Origin: Candidatus Shapirobacteria bacterium | GTDB taxonomy: Bacteria > Patescibacteriota > Microgenomatia > UBA12405 | Direction of reading: 5' to 3' | DNA: 64,000 nucleotides | Assembly (NCBI GenBank): GCA_018062705.1 | Contig: JAGORQ010000001.1 | Coordinates: 21,624 to 85,623 of the forward strand | Shown here: in pieces, positions 9,139-19,472 of the stretch | Layout of the letters: each line of letters starts with the position of its first letter | Position numbering within the stretch: the first letter of the stretch is position 1 | Position numbers and translations under genes: made by a program | The notes under the pieces: model-generated | What the model was told of the DNA's origin: nothing | The model's database searches: none | Seen by the model: the letters and a program-made list of their open reading frames with translations, nothing else

Positions 9139-9760
9139 TTTCCCGTCGATAAAGAAAGTAGGAGTAAACAAAAACAAATATCACAGAGCCAAATAATGGC
9201 ACCATTAAAAAATAGACAGACAGTGTGGGCCAAAAGACTCCCAACAATGAAGTTAAGGCGCTAAGTTTGAAAAGCTTACCGCCGACTTGGTGGGTTTGAT
9301 TCCAGACTGATTCACTACTCAAAGTCCAGGGGGTGCGAATGCCGACAAACCAGTTGCGCCTGGCTTTTTGATTAAGAACCCCGGCATAATAAAAAATTAA
9401 AGAAAGTGCTGGTAATAAAAACTGAGTTAAATTAAATTCAAATCCATAATTCCAAGCAATCGTCAAAAAGTATATATAGAATAAAAAGACAAAGACTAAA
9501 TTTACAAAATTATCGTAGTATTTTTTGAACTGAGCAAAGTTGTGTTTGTACGGATCGGTTTTGGGTAAAAATAAAAACAGAAAATACAACAAAATTAATA
9601 ATGTTGGTAAAAAGAATAGACCAAAGCTTTTGGATGAATAGCCATCTACATTGTTATTGATTCCCCAATGAGTGACGATAGTAGGTGGCAGGTAAGGAAA
9701 CGAAATGATAGCTAGAGCAAACGACAATAAAATTATTAGTGGTGGAATGAATTTTTTCAT
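9131..9760 (-). CDS. SdpI/YhfL-family (DUF1648) integral membrane protein
   Basis: About 6 TM helices with a THWGINNNVDGY N-terminal motif, like SdpI immunity-type proteins. Confidence 0.4.
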   Translation of the reverse strand: MKKFIPPLIILLSFALAIISFPYLPPTIVTHWGINNNVDGYSSKSFGLFFLPTLLILLYFLFLFLPKTDPYKHNFAQFKKYYDNFVNLVFVFLFYIYFLTIAWNYGFEFNLTQFLLPALSLIFYYAGVLNQKARRNWFVGIRTPWTLSSESVWNQTHQVGGKLFKLSALTSLLGVFWPTLSVYFLMVPLFGSVIFVFVYSYFLYRREND

Positions 9761-9816
9761 TTGGTTAATTTTACCACTTGACCGTGAGACTGAACTACGA
9801 CTAAAATGATATAAGT

Positions 9817-10392
9817 ATGTTTAAACTAAATCCCCTACCCTATGCCTACGAGGCGCTCGAACCAGTTATTAGCCGTAAAATTATGGAGTTGCATCACGAT
9901 AAACACCATGCGGCCTATGTGACAGCGGCCAACGTAGCGACAGAAAAATTAGCTAAGGCCAGAGCTGGTGAGATAGAAATTGATACCCGAGCAGTAATGC
10001 GCGATTTTAGTTTTAATGCCAACGGAGCAATGATGCATGATATTTTTTGGAACTGTATGCGGGCACCAACTGAAAATAATTTACCGACTGGAAAAATGCT
10101 TGAAGAAATTAACCGAGGTTATGGTAGTTTCGAGGCTTTTAAAAAAGAATTTACGGTTGCCGCGACCACAGTGGAAGGCTCGGGCTGGGCAGTAATGTAT
10201 AAGACTCCCGAAGTACTGACTACAGGGCAACTAGAGAAACATAATTTAATGGCGCTTAATGGCTGTTTGCCAATCTTGGCTTTGGATGTATGGGAACATG
10301 CCTACTATCTTGATTACCTCAATGACCGCAAAACTTATGTAGAAAAGTGGTGGTCGTTAGTCAACTGGGAAGCAGTTGAAAAAATGTTATAG
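9817..10392 (+). CDS. sodA: Fe/Mn superoxide dismutase
   Basis: LHHDKHH N-terminal motif and DVWEHAYY C-terminal motif. Confidence 0.9.
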   Translation: MFKLNPLPYAYEALEPVISRKIMELHHDKHHAAYVTAANVATEKLAKARAGEIEIDTRAVMRDFSFNANGAMMHDIFWNCMRAPTENNLPTGKMLEEINRGYGSFEAFKKEFTVAATTVEGSGWAVMYKTPEVLTTGQLEKHNLMALNGCLPILALDVWEHAYYLDYLNDRKTYVEKWWSLVNWEAVEKML

Positions 10393-10881
10393 ATTGTCGA
10401 GGATCGAGTTGATTTCGGTATTCAAATCGCCGGTGAAAGAAGCGGTTAGAACAGAAACCTGATCTTTTTGAATTTTTATTCGTTGAATCAAGCTGATTTT
10501 GACTTTTTGATTGTAGTAATAGCCAGATAAATTGGCCGTATATAAATTTTCTGAAGATTTTCTTTTATCATCGGTGATGGTGAGAGAAGGGATGGCTGAA
10601 GTAGCGCCAGCAATTAAACTATCAGTATATTTGGCTGGAGCAGTAGCTTCAGATGACTGATTGATAGTTTTGACTATTTGGGGTTTGATGCCACTAGTAT
10701 TTTTTTCTAATTTTAAAGCTACGTTTTTGGCCTCAACAGCAGACCAGCCAGCAGGAAGTTTGTTGATTGAGTCAGAGGAAACCTGAGGCTCAGCTCGACG
10801 AAACATTGTTGGACGACGATAGATTAAATAACCACAAAGTACACCTAGAACTAAAAGAGAAGGGAGGATATATTTTTTCAT
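10387..10881 (-). CDS. Hypothetical N-terminally anchored protein, co-transcribed with the sortase
   Basis: 164 aa with a single N-terminal TM. Its start overlaps the sortase stop at the same nucleotide. Confidence 0.4.
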   Translation of the reverse strand: MKKYILPSLLVLGVLCGYLIYRRPTMFRRAEPQVSSDSINKLPAGWSAVEAKNVALKLEKNTSGIKPQIVKTINQSSEATAPAKYTDSLIAGATSAIPSLTITDDKRKSSENLYTANLSGYYYNQKVKISLIQRIKIQKDQVSVLTASFTGDLNTEINSILDNL

Positions 10882-12197
10882 TATTTGATAATTGAAGCTT
10901 TAACAATAATGCGAGAGTTAGGATAAGTGACACTACAAGTCATTAGGGCAATTTGATCACCAGTTGTCTTAATTGAGTCGACTTGGGATTTGTCGACAAA
11001 AAGCTTGTCGGTGATTTGGTAGGTTGATACCAAACCGTTATTTTCAGTCATGACTTTGTCACCAATATTTAGAGTAAATAACTGGCTAAAGACACCATAG
11101 CCATTGTGGCCGTAGTAGAGGTTGCCCTCACGTAAAACTTCGTTGTGACCGACAATAAATTGATCGCCAATTTTTTGGGGTAAATAAATTGGTTGGTTTA
11201 AATTAAGGGAGGGAATAATTAGCGCTTGATTAGTGTCGAGAGTATTTCCTGAAGGAAGTTTCTCGGTGGAATAGACCACTTCGGCAGTAGCTGCTAATTC
11301 AGAAGAAGTGCCGAGAACTGATCCACCATAACTATTTTTGATGCCATCAATTAGCGGATTGTTGTTTGTTCTAGCTCCTAGTACTCGAAAACCACCAACA
11401 TTTTGGTTGGTACAAACTACATTACTCGGGCTACCACCACGACAACCGTTTTGGGCCTGAACATAAAAACAATATTTGCCACCAGGATTGAGGGCCTTGA
11501 CAGTGTAAGTGGTGACGTTACCAACATTGGGATCACCATATATATAGTTGCCGGTAGTTGGGCCATAACCAACAGCATAGCTAGTGTGATTGCCAGGAGC
11601 ATGATTCCAAGTTAACAAAACTTTACCTCCACCGAGAGCAATGGCCACTAAATTTTGAGGTGCACCGGGATCTGAATCATTGCATGAAGGAGGATTGTTG
11701 TTCGAATTATTTGAAGGTTGAGGGGTTTGATTCTCCACCTGCGCCGTTGGCTCTGGCGAGACAAAGGGTGTGACTGTGGGAATTATTTGACAACTCTCAG
11801 TCTGTTCACAATTTAGAGTTGGAGTAACTGTTGGGGTATTTGATGGAGAAATAGTAGCTGTAGGGCTGGGATTTGAAGTAATCGTGGGTGAGGGAGTTTT
11901 CGTGGCCGTTGGGGTACGAGTGGGTGTGTTGGTAGGGCGACAATCATCATCGTCATGACGACCATGACGGCCATGTTGATTATCGTCACAATCATCATCG
12001 TGATGATTTGAAGTGGGGGTAGGGGTTGGGGTGCGAGTAGGTGTAGGTGTGCGAGTTGAAGTTGGGGTTCGAGTTGGGGTGGGAGAATTCCATTTTGCCT
12101 CAGAAACAATTTTATTCTGAAAAAATTTAGAATTAATAAAGAACACTTCGATTATTGCTAGTGCAACAATCAGACCTGCTTTGATTGTTTTTACCAT
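10881..12197 (-). CDS. Sortase-family transpeptidase with an N-terminal TM, a Pro/Thr-rich linker containing HDDDDC motifs, and an FN3-like domain
   Basis: C-terminal sortase fold with the active-site motif ALMTCS (TLxTC). (TPTRTPTP)n low-complexity region. FN3-like block ([20 protein letters not shown]...YCFYVQAQN). Confidence 0.7.
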   Translation of the reverse strand: MVKTIKAGLIVALAIIEVFFINSKFFQNKIVSEAKWNSPTPTRTPTSTRTPTPTRTPTPTPTSNHHDDDCDDNQHGRHGRHDDDDCRPTNTPTRTPTATKTPSPTITSNPSPTATISPSNTPTVTPTLNCEQTESCQIIPTVTPFVSPEPTAQVENQTPQPSNNSNNNPPSCNDSDPGAPQNLVAIALGGGKVLLTWNHAPGNHTSYAVGYGPTTGNYIYGDPNVGNVTTYTVKALNPGGKYCFYVQAQNGCRGGSPSNVVCTNQNVGGFRVLGARTNNNPLIDGIKNSYGGSVLGTSSELAATAEVVYSTEKLPSGNTLDTNQALIIPSLNLNQPIYLPQKIGDQFIVGHNEVLREGNLYYGHNGYGVFSQLFTLNIGDKVMTENNGLVSTYQITDKLFVDKSQVDSIKTTGDQIALMTCSVTYPNSRIIVKASIIK

Positions 12198-12296
12198 ATT
12201 GGGAGATAGTATAGCACTATGAGATATAATTTGATAGGTTTTGATGATTGGGTGAGGCTATGCCAATTTTAGGTGGCGAGAGTTTGAGATTTATTA

Positions 12297-12324
12297 GTAG
12301 AGACGGGGCATGCCCCGTCTCTAC
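12297..12324. repeat. Family B palindrome (GTAGAGACGGGGCATGCCCCGTCTCTAC), intergenic
   Basis: Perfect 28-nt palindrome. Confidence 0.6.
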
Positions 12325-12400
12325 ATGATATTTCAAACAATTGTTGATAACCAAAACAAAGAGTCGCACCCAGACAATAAAAAAATATATAATATGCATC

Positions 12401-13165
12401 ATGACAACAGATACTTCATGGAAAAATGTGGGTGGGTGGTACAAAGAAATTGTCGGTGAGGAAGGGCACTTTTATCACCGTGAGGTGGTGTTGCCAAACC
12501 TACTTCGACTGATGAAACTGGATAATAAATCAAAAGTTTTGGATTTGGGCTGTGGACAGGGTGTATTGGCTAGGGCATTGCCCCCTGAAATATATTATTG
12601 GGGAGCAGACATGGCGCCAAATTTAATTGAAGAAGCAAAGAGACTCGATAAAAATCCCCGCCATGTATTTGGGGTGGCCGATGCCACTAAAACTATTCCC
12701 ATAGTTGAAACCGGATTTAGCCATATAACTGTAGTGCTGGCATTACAAAATTTGGAGAGTCCGTTTAAATTGATGAGGAATGTAGACAAATTAATGGCCA
12801 AGGATGGTAGGTTTTTTATCGTATTAAACCATCCGGCTTTTAGAATTCCCAAAAATAGTGACTGGGAAGTTGATGAAAATAAAACAGTGCAATATCGAAA
12901 AGAAAGTAAGTACATGTCTCCCTTAAAAATTGCGATTGAGTCCAGTCCGTTTGATAAAAAGAATAATCAAATTAGCATGTCTTATCATTATCCAATATCA
13001 GCCTATAGTGAAATGTTGCACGACAATGGCATGGTGATAGAAGTGATTGAAGAATGGGTGTCGCCCAAAAAATCGCAAGGACCTATGGCTAAAATTGAAG
13101 ATGTAGCCCGGCGAGAGTTTCCGTTATTTATGTGCATTGTGGCAAGAAAGGTCCAGTCGGGTTAA
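12401..13165 (+). CDS. Class I SAM-dependent methyltransferase
   Basis: VLDLGCGQGVLA motif I. TATAAT lies 7 nt upstream of this ATG. The ORF-track start at 12341 is an upstream extension. Confidence 0.65.
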   Translation: MTTDTSWKNVGGWYKEIVGEEGHFYHREVVLPNLLRLMKLDNKSKVLDLGCGQGVLARALPPEIYYWGADMAPNLIEEAKRLDKNPRHVFGVADATKTIPIVETGFSHITVVLALQNLESPFKLMRNVDKLMAKDGRFFIVLNHPAFRIPKNSDWEVDENKTVQYRKESKYMSPLKIAIESSPFDKKNNQISMSYHYPISAYSEMLHDNGMVIEVIEEWVSPKKSQGPMAKIEDVARREFPLFMCIVARKVQSG

Positions 13166-13173
13166 AATATTTC

Positions 13174-13380
13174 ATGTCGAAAAATGAATACTGGGCAATG
13201 GGAATTGGGGTGTGGTTGATTATTTTGGTGGCAATTTTTGTGGCCACGTCGTTTGGAGAAATTAAGAAACTTGACCAATGTAAAAATGAGAGAATTCGAA
13301 AATATGTCCCAACTGATTTTGTCTGGCAAGGAATTCTGGATGGAATCAAAAATGGCACCTATCAACCAAAGTGTATTTGA
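13174..13380 (+). CDS. Small single-TM protein
   Basis: Internal Met of ORF 13132..13380 (MSKNEYWAMGIGVWLIILVAIFVA). Confidence 0.3.
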   Translation: MSKNEYWAMGIGVWLIILVAIFVATSFGEIKKLDQCKNERIRKYVPTDFVWQGILDGIKNGTYQPKCI

Positions 13381-13424
13381 ATAGCTAGAAGATTTTTTGC
13401 AGATTTATTGGTACTATACGGTCA

Positions 13425-13874
13425 ATGGTAATAGTTGAAGTCACAAGTCATAGACAGGTATTGTCGGTGGCAAAAAAATTAGCAAAAAGTGAATCATTAC
13501 TATCTGTAGGTATCAGGTTTTTTAGAAAAGACCAAGTTGAAAGAGTGGTTCAGACTGGAACTGACAGGTCCGATGCTGATTCACGTGTGTGGTGTGACGA
13601 AAATGATTTTAGGGGAGTGAGACCAGCCAATATCACACCCGGAATAATAACTTATATGAGAGAGATTGACGTGGTAAGCAAGCCCGCAATAATTGTTGGT
13701 TTTAATGGAAGTAATGGTAGGTATGGTGACAGCCTAGATTACCTAAGACATATGGATGCGGACATGGCACAGGTTATTTACAATCCAACTAAAATGCGCC
13801 GAGTGTCTCTTAACGAGTGGTGGTTTATTTCTGACCCTAAGGAAGCTTTATTGGCAATCATTACCCGTCGCTAA
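13425..13874 (+). CDS. Hypothetical protein
   Basis: 149-aa ORF with compatible codon usage and no recognisable motif. Confidence 0.4.
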   Translation: MVIVEVTSHRQVLSVAKKLAKSESLLSVGIRFFRKDQVERVVQTGTDRSDADSRVWCDENDFRGVRPANITPGIITYMREIDVVSKPAIIVGFNGSNGRYGDSLDYLRHMDADMAQVIYNPTKMRRVSLNEWWFISDPKEALLAIITRR

Positions 13875-14170
13875 AGATTATATTTAAGATAGTCAATAAA
13901 ATTAATAATTTGCTGACCACTAAACTTAATCCCCTCGGCTTCGAGACGGCGACGTTGCTCGGGCCAATTGCCCAAGGAAAACTGGTTGGCTAACACTCCC
14001 CCACTTTTGACTACCCGATGGCAGGGAATAGACATGTTTTCGTTGCCCCGAAGTGCCCAGCCAACAACTCTTGGGGTGGTACCAATTAATTTGGCTATAG
14101 AACCGTAAGTAGTTACTTTACCTAGGGGTATTTGGCTAACAATCTGACGGATTTTGAGGAATATTTGCAT
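13871..14170 (-). CDS. ogt: Methylated-DNA-protein-cysteine methyltransferase (stand-alone DNA-binding/active-site domain)
   Basis: IPCHRVV active-site motif in a ~100-aa MGMT-C fold. Confidence 0.7.
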   Translation of the reverse strand: MQIFLKIRQIVSQIPLGKVTTYGSIAKLIGTTPRVVGWALRGNENMSIPCHRVVKSGGVLANQFSLGNWPEQRRRLEAEGIKFSGQQIINFIDYLKYNL

Positions 14171-14320
14171 ATTCTGTTATATATGGTAGACTACCATCTG
14201 ATTTTACGTTAGGCAACGAATCATAATACTGCCCCTGGTACAGATAGCTGTACATAAATATTTATTTTGTGGGCAAATATTACCCCGATGTGTTATCGGG
14301 ATGCCACAATTTAATAAAAT

Positions 14321-15520
14321 ATGTACAACAACAGTCGTCGTTTTGGTGGATACAATAATCATTCTCACCGTCCAAGTTTTGGTGGCAGACCTAAACGCGC
14401 CGGATTTGCTAAAAAAATAGACGAGAGATTATTTGTCAAAAAGGCAGAGGAGTTCAAAACAATTGATGAAGCAGTAACGGTAAATAGTTTTGCCGATTTT
14501 GGACTTAATCCAGTACTGCAAAAAAATATTGTGGGTAAGGGTTATACCAAACCAACTCCAATTCAGGATAGAGTAATTCCAGAGATAATGGCAGGTAAAG
14601 ATGTGTTGGGAATTGCTAACACGGGAACCGGTAAGACAGCAGCCTTTGCACTACCTTTGATCAATAAAATTTTGCAAAAACCGAATACCAGAATTTTAAT
14701 TATGGCGCCAACTCGCGAGCTGGCACAACAAATTAAACAAGATTTCCGATCTTTTACCTATGACTTGAAAATATATATCGCTTTAGCGATTGGTGGTTCG
14801 TTTATCCGCGAACAGATAATGGATATTCGTCGTGATCCACACATTGTGGTAGGCACACCAGGAAGAATTATGGATTTGGCAGAGCGCCGAGTAATTAATT
14901 TTGCAAAATTTGATACGGTTGTTTTAGATGAAGTTGACCGAATGTTGGATATGGGTTTTGTGGAAGATATCAAGGGTATTATGCAACAAATTCCTAAGAC
15001 TCGACAAACACTTTTCTTCTCGGCCACAGTAGATCGAAAAATTGAAACATTAATCGATACCTTTTTGACAAACCCAGCTAAAATTTCAGTTAAAACTCAA
15101 GATACTTCGTCTCACGTCGAACAAGATGTGGTCCGAGTAGCTCGTGGTCAAAAAGAAAGCAAATTGTGTGACCTATTAACCCAAGAACATTTCAAAAAAG
15201 TGTTGGTCTTTGGTGCCACCAAAATGATGGTGGACAGAATTACCACCACCTTGATTCAGAGAGGTTTTAGAGCTGATTCAATTCATGGTAACAAGGCCCA
15301 AAATAAACGTCAGAGAGTCTTGCAAGCATTCAAACTTAGCCAAATAAATATTTTAGTGGCCACAGATGTGGCGGCACGGGGACTAGATATTGCTGATATT
15401 TCCCATGTAATTAATTATGATCAACCAAATAACTACGAAGATTATATTCACCGAATTGGTCGTACTGGCCGAGGTGATGCCAAAGGTTTTGCTTTGACGT
15501 TTGTTGAAGAGAGATACTAA
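14321..15520 (+). CDS. DEAD-box ATP-dependent RNA helicase with an Arg/Gly-rich N-terminus
   Basis: Q motif (PTPIQ), Walker A (ANTGTGKT), DEVD (DEAD variant), SAT, and HRIGRTGR motif VI. Confidence 0.85.
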   Translation: MYNNSRRFGGYNNHSHRPSFGGRPKRAGFAKKIDERLFVKKAEEFKTIDEAVTVNSFADFGLNPVLQKNIVGKGYTKPTPIQDRVIPEIMAGKDVLGIANTGTGKTAAFALPLINKILQKPNTRILIMAPTRELAQQIKQDFRSFTYDLKIYIALAIGGSFIREQIMDIRRDPHIVVGTPGRIMDLAERRVINFAKFDTVVLDEVDRMLDMGFVEDIKGIMQQIPKTRQTLFFSATVDRKIETLIDTFLTNPAKISVKTQDTSSHVEQDVVRVARGQKESKLCDLLTQEHFKKVLVFGATKMMVDRITTTLIQRGFRADSIHGNKAQNKRQRVLQAFKLSQINILVATDVAARGLDIADISHVINYDQPNNYEDYIHRIGRTGRGDAKGFALTFVEERY

Positions 15521-15531
15521 AACATTAAATT

Positions 15532-15559
15532 GTAGAGACGTTGCGCGCAACGTCTCTAC
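15532..15559. repeat. Family B palindrome (GTAGAGACGTTGCGCGCAACGTCTCTAC) between convergent genes; possible bidirectional terminator
   Basis: Perfect palindrome 12 nt after the DEAD helicase stop, followed by an A-run on + and a T-rich stretch on -. Confidence 0.55.
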
Positions 15560-15571
15560 AAAAAAATATCA

Positions 15572-16288
15572 TTATTTTTTTCCTGTTTCTATTTTACGCC
15601 TGGTTTCGCGGAGGGCGAGGCGGGGAAGAGTTAGACCCTGAGTTTCAAGGTACTCCCTAACTATTGATGGAAAGTTTTTGACCATTGAGCGGAGAATCCA
15701 AGAAACTGCTTTTGTTATCAGGATATCTGTTTCAAATTTTAGTTTTTCAACTAGCTCGAGTGATAGATTGGCTAGTTTTAAATTACTTGATTGGCGGAGT
15801 GGCTTACACAAGAAAACTATTGAAGCGCGACGCTGGTTAATGTTTTTTGATGTCGATAATTTCTTTAAAAATTTTGACCAATTTGGAAAATTTTCCAACA
15901 TAATTTCTGCCGAAACATCCGAGCTACACAAACTATCCACTTCTGCCCAACCATGGGTAAAGGTCAACCAATAGTCAAATTTATTGAGAGGAATTTGAGA
16001 GATAATCTTAGGATAGAATCCAATAAGTGAAGCTGCAAAAGAGGTTTCTTCAAAAGTACTAGCTTCTGAATAAAGTTTGTCGATTAACTCAACTAACTCA
16101 TTAATATTTAGAGGGTTGGCTTTGGCAGTTTTTTTGGCTAACTGGCGAATGAGATCGGTTTTGATACAACGAGTAGGCTTGTTACTGCCGAGATATTTTT
16201 GAACCCAACTGCGTTCGGATGGGTTCTCTTTGCCGGGGAGTTTGAATAACTCTGTCTGGACTTGGCGATAAAATGATTGGATGTCCAT
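15572..16288 (-). CDS. DNA alkylation repair enzyme (AlkC/AlkD-like HEAT-repeat glycosylase family)
   Basis: Resembles the all-helical DNA alkylation repair enzyme family (WVQKYLGS..., WLTFTHGWAEVDSLC). Confidence 0.55.
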   Translation of the reverse strand: MDIQSFYRQVQTELFKLPGKENPSERSWVQKYLGSNKPTRCIKTDLIRQLAKKTAKANPLNINELVELIDKLYSEASTFEETSFAASLIGFYPKIISQIPLNKFDYWLTFTHGWAEVDSLCSSDVSAEIMLENFPNWSKFLKKLSTSKNINQRRASIVFLCKPLRQSSNLKLANLSLELVEKLKFETDILITKAVSWILRSMVKNFPSIVREYLETQGLTLPRLALRETRRKIETGKK

Positions 16289-16294
16289 ACAAAA

Positions 16295-16969
16295 CTACAA
16301 TTTGTAATCTGAGATAACCTCATAACTAGCATAAGGGAGAATAGTTTTATCTAAAATACACATTTTTACCTCGGGCCAACAATTTTCCATTTCTTTAATT
16401 TGTTTTTGTGAAGACCAGACAACACCATCATCTAATTTCATTTTTTCTTTTTCACCCATACTCACCTCGATTTTATATATTGCTTGACCGTCGTCAAAAA
16501 GCACTTCTCCGGCGGGAGTTTTGGTAATTTTTAAATGCAAACTAACAAATGAAAATTTGTCTGACGTAACTTTTAGATCAGTATTTTTTTCAAAGATACG
16601 AACTAAAGACTCCTCTATTTTTTCTCCGAATCGAGGATCACCACTAGGTAAATTATAAAAATTTACTTTGGCCATAGGGTGTTCTTTTATCAGGAAATTT
16701 CCTGCGCCATCAGTAATTACCAGCCCGCAAAAAAATAGTTTTTTGCGAGGGAAGTCTAAGTCTGGCAGTCCAAGTGAGTAAATCTCTCGCAACCCTTTTG
16801 GAGTTATTTTGTATTTGTCTTGAGACTTTTCTATTAGTGCTTCTTTTGATAATTGCTTGAGGTGAAAAACAATATTATCTTCAAAATCGTAGCCTCTAGT
16901 TAGGTTTGAATATTTTTGACCGTTTTTGTTTACCAATCTGGCTAAAATAGTTTTTTGGATTTCATGCAT
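16295..16969 (-). CDS. Protein with N-terminal winged-helix-like region and a degenerate Nudix-like domain
   Basis: G-x5-E-x7-R pattern (GDPRFGEKIEESLVRIFEK) approximating the Nudix box. The N-terminal ~70 aa look like an HTH/wHTH. Confidence 0.35.
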   Translation of the reverse strand: MHEIQKTILARLVNKNGQKYSNLTRGYDFEDNIVFHLKQLSKEALIEKSQDKYKITPKGLREIYSLGLPDLDFPRKKLFFCGLVITDGAGNFLIKEHPMAKVNFYNLPSGDPRFGEKIEESLVRIFEKNTDLKVTSDKFSFVSLHLKITKTPAGEVLFDDGQAIYKIEVSMGEKEKMKLDDGVVWSSQKQIKEMENCWPEVKMCILDKTILPYASYEVISDYKL

Positions 16970-17042
16970 TTAGTGTAGTTTACTACTCTAGAAGCCAACA
17001 TTCTAAATTAGTACAATGCCTGAGTTATAGATTATCGCTACT

Positions 17043-17411
17043 ATGTTCAAAAAAATGTTTGCCAACTGTTTGCTAGTTAAAGATTTCAACAAATCTTTGG
17101 CTTTTTATAGAGATACTCTTGGACTTGAGATCAATACTACCGACGGTAAATTTGCCAATTTTAAGATAGATAATATCGAGCTGGCGATTATGGAACAATC
17201 ACAAGCGACTGAAATGTTACCAATGCAATACATGAAGGATGGTGGAAGTGTGCTACTCTGTTTCCAAGTTGAAGATGTAGTTAAAGCAGTCAAAAACCTA
17301 AAATCAAAAGGAGTAGATTTTATAGTGGATACAGAGAAGACATCTTGGGGGCAAACAGTCGCATATTTTCAAGACCCAGATAACAATGTTTGGGAAATAT
17401 CAAAATTATGA
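17043..17411 (+). CDS. VOC/glyoxalase/bleomycin-resistance family protein
   Basis: 122 aa with the beta-alpha-beta-beta-beta VOC pattern (LVKDFNKSLAFYRDTLGLE). Confidence 0.6.
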   Translation: MFKKMFANCLLVKDFNKSLAFYRDTLGLEINTTDGKFANFKIDNIELAIMEQSQATEMLPMQYMKDGGSVLLCFQVEDVVKAVKNLKSKGVDFIVDTEKTSWGQTVAYFQDPDNNVWEISKL

Positions 17412-18049
17412 TTAAAGCTGTAATTTTTGACTACGACGAGACTTTAACCAAAACTATCGAAGGTAAAGCCAAGGCGTATTCTGATTTTGCCAAGTCAGAA
17501 TATAATCAGGAGTTAACACTTGAGGCAGTCAGAAAGGCTTTTGGCAAACCGTACGAAGAATTTATCAAAACACTTTTTGGAAATGTCGAGGAGGTTAATA
17601 CCATTATTTCGAAATATCAAAAATTTAGTGAAAATTATCCACCAATCGCCTACGAAGACGCTGAGGAAAATGTTAATCGACTATTTACTAAGTACTTAGT
17701 CGGGATTGTTAGCGGTGTCAGAAGAAAAGCCCTTTTTAAAGATTTGGAAAAATTGAAATTTGACCAAAAGAGTTTTTTTCATATTCAATGTGGTGACGAC
17801 ACCGTTGACCTAAAACCAAATCCCAAAGTATTTACACCATTACTTTCAAAACTAAAATTATGCCAAATCAGTCCAAGTGAAGTTGTTTATGTTGGTGATA
17901 GTCTCGGAGACTTTCAGGTTTCGACTGCAGTTGGTTTTCAATTTATCGGCACAGCCGAGCATACAATTCCAAAATCAGAATTCGAAAAAGTCGGAGCAGA
18001 GTATATAACTGAATTTAAGCAATTGGAATTAGTCTTAAGCGGTAAGTAG
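17408..18049 (+). CDS. HAD-superfamily hydrolase (subfamily IA-like)
   Basis: DxD motif I (VIFDYDETL), GDS motif (YVGDSLGD). ATGA overlap with the preceding gene. Confidence 0.7.
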   Translation: MIKAVIFDYDETLTKTIEGKAKAYSDFAKSEYNQELTLEAVRKAFGKPYEEFIKTLFGNVEEVNTIISKYQKFSENYPPIAYEDAEENVNRLFTKYLVGIVSGVRRKALFKDLEKLKFDQKSFFHIQCGDDTVDLKPNPKVFTPLLSKLKLCQISPSEVVYVGDSLGDFQVSTAVGFQFIGTAEHTIPKSEFEKVGAEYITEFKQLELVLSGK

Positions 18050-18248
18050 GGAATAACTAGGTTGATTCTGGTATAGGTAATTTTTTCGTATGTCGTCCAG
18101 AATGTGGAGCAAAATGTTAAATTAGCCCAAAGATGAAGTATATATACTACTTTGCGAAGATGACATACTTTATGCCAGAATCTCAAATGTCTTTGACTAT
18201 CGATTCAATTGGTGAAACTTTATAGTTAAAGCAGTATATTTGTTATTA

Positions 18249-19472
18249 ATGATAAAGCTTACACACCAACAACAAGTTTTAGCTGGATATATATATAAAG
18301 AATTTGTATTAAAAGAAGCAAGGGAAAATGACGTTCCATTTATCGACTACGATCAGCAATTCCCAATTATTGACTGGTGGGCTTTGGCTGGAGCAAAGTT
18401 GCTTACTAAACTCAATCAAAGTCAGGTCGACAATTCGGATATATCCTCAGTCTGGAAGAATCGGGTTGTGTTAGACGAATGTCCTGTTTGTGGCCACACA
18501 ATGTCTTTAAAGAAATTGAAATATATTGGAATTTCTAGTATTGAAAATTGTCAAAATTGTGGTCATGGGTTTCAAAATCCGCAATTGTCATTGCCATATT
18601 CGGTAACTCCATTTCCAACACTTATGTCGGATAGTGCAATAACTATAGGTGGAAGAAAACCAAAGATTGTTGAAACCATTGACTATATTGAATCTTGTTT
18701 AAAAGATAAAGATTCTTGGAATGAGCAAGAAACATTAATAGATGTTGGATGTGGCAAAGGTGATCTCATTCAACTATTATTGGACAGAGGATACCCGGGT
18801 ACAATTTACGGTTGTGACACTGACATTAACGCAATTAAAATAGCCAAGGACAAGGTCCAAGGTAGTGACAAAGTTTCCTTAATCTGTGGCACTTTTGAAG
18901 ACCTGATTAGAATCAAAAAGCTTGGGCGGACAAATATTGGAACATTTGTATTGTCAAAATCTCTCGAGCATCTACCTAAACCAAAACAAATAATATCGCA
19001 AATGTTGAACCTGCTAAAACAATCCGGTGTGGTGATAATTTTGGAGATACCAAATCATGATCCGAAAAGTATCATTTCATCTTTGCTTGAAGACAAGACT
19101 GGCTATAATTATTTCCCAGACCATCTTCATTTTTTTACAGTCAATTCCCTAAGAATTCTAGCAAAATCCATCTTCGCAGAAATTAAAATAGACAGAGTCG
19201 GCCACCTTACAGAAAAAGAACCTGTCATAACCGAAATAGGAGCTCGGGGATGGTTTGGAAAAACTGAATGGGTTGGAGGTGAAATGGCTGTAAACAATCC
19301 GAATTTCTGTAACTCATACCAATTAAATATTTCCCATATAAAGAAATTTTTTAAGTTACACAACTTGAATATTCCTCCAAAAATTGGATCATTTGAGAAA
19401 TTCTTTGATTTATTCAAAAAAACAGATATTACCGGTTCGGCTTTATTGAACGCGGTAATAACAAAAACCTAA
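18249..19472 (+). CDS. Class I SAM-dependent methyltransferase with an N-terminal Cys4 zinc-ribbon
   Basis: CPVCGH...CQNCGH, and IDVGCGKGDL motif I. Confidence 0.6.
   Translation: MIKLTHQQQVLAGYIYKEFVLKEARENDVPFIDYDQQFPIIDWWALAGAKLLTKLNQSQVDNSDISSVWKNRVVLDECPVCGHTMSLKKLKYIGISSIENCQNCGHGFQNPQLSLPYSVTPFPTLMSDSAITIGGRKPKIVETIDYIESCLKDKDSWNEQETLIDVGCGKGDLIQLLLDRGYPGTIYGCDTDINAIKIAKDKVQGSDKVSLICGTFEDLIRIKKLGRTNIGTFVLSKSLEHLPKPKQIISQMLNLLKQSGVVIILEIPNHDPKSIISSLLEDKTGYNYFPDHLHFFTVNSLRILAKSIFAEIKIDRVGHLTEKEPVITEIGARGWFGKTEWVGGEMAVNNPNFCNSYQLNISHIKKFFKLHNLNIPPKIGSFEKFFDLFKKTDITGSALLNAVITKT

Noticed and set aside
11403-12109. Antisense and same-strand small ORFs within the sortase gene (11403..11615, 11417..11602, 11813..12109)
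   Set aside because: They arise from the low-complexity Pro/Thr-coding tandem repeats. The 438-aa sortase frame has domain support.
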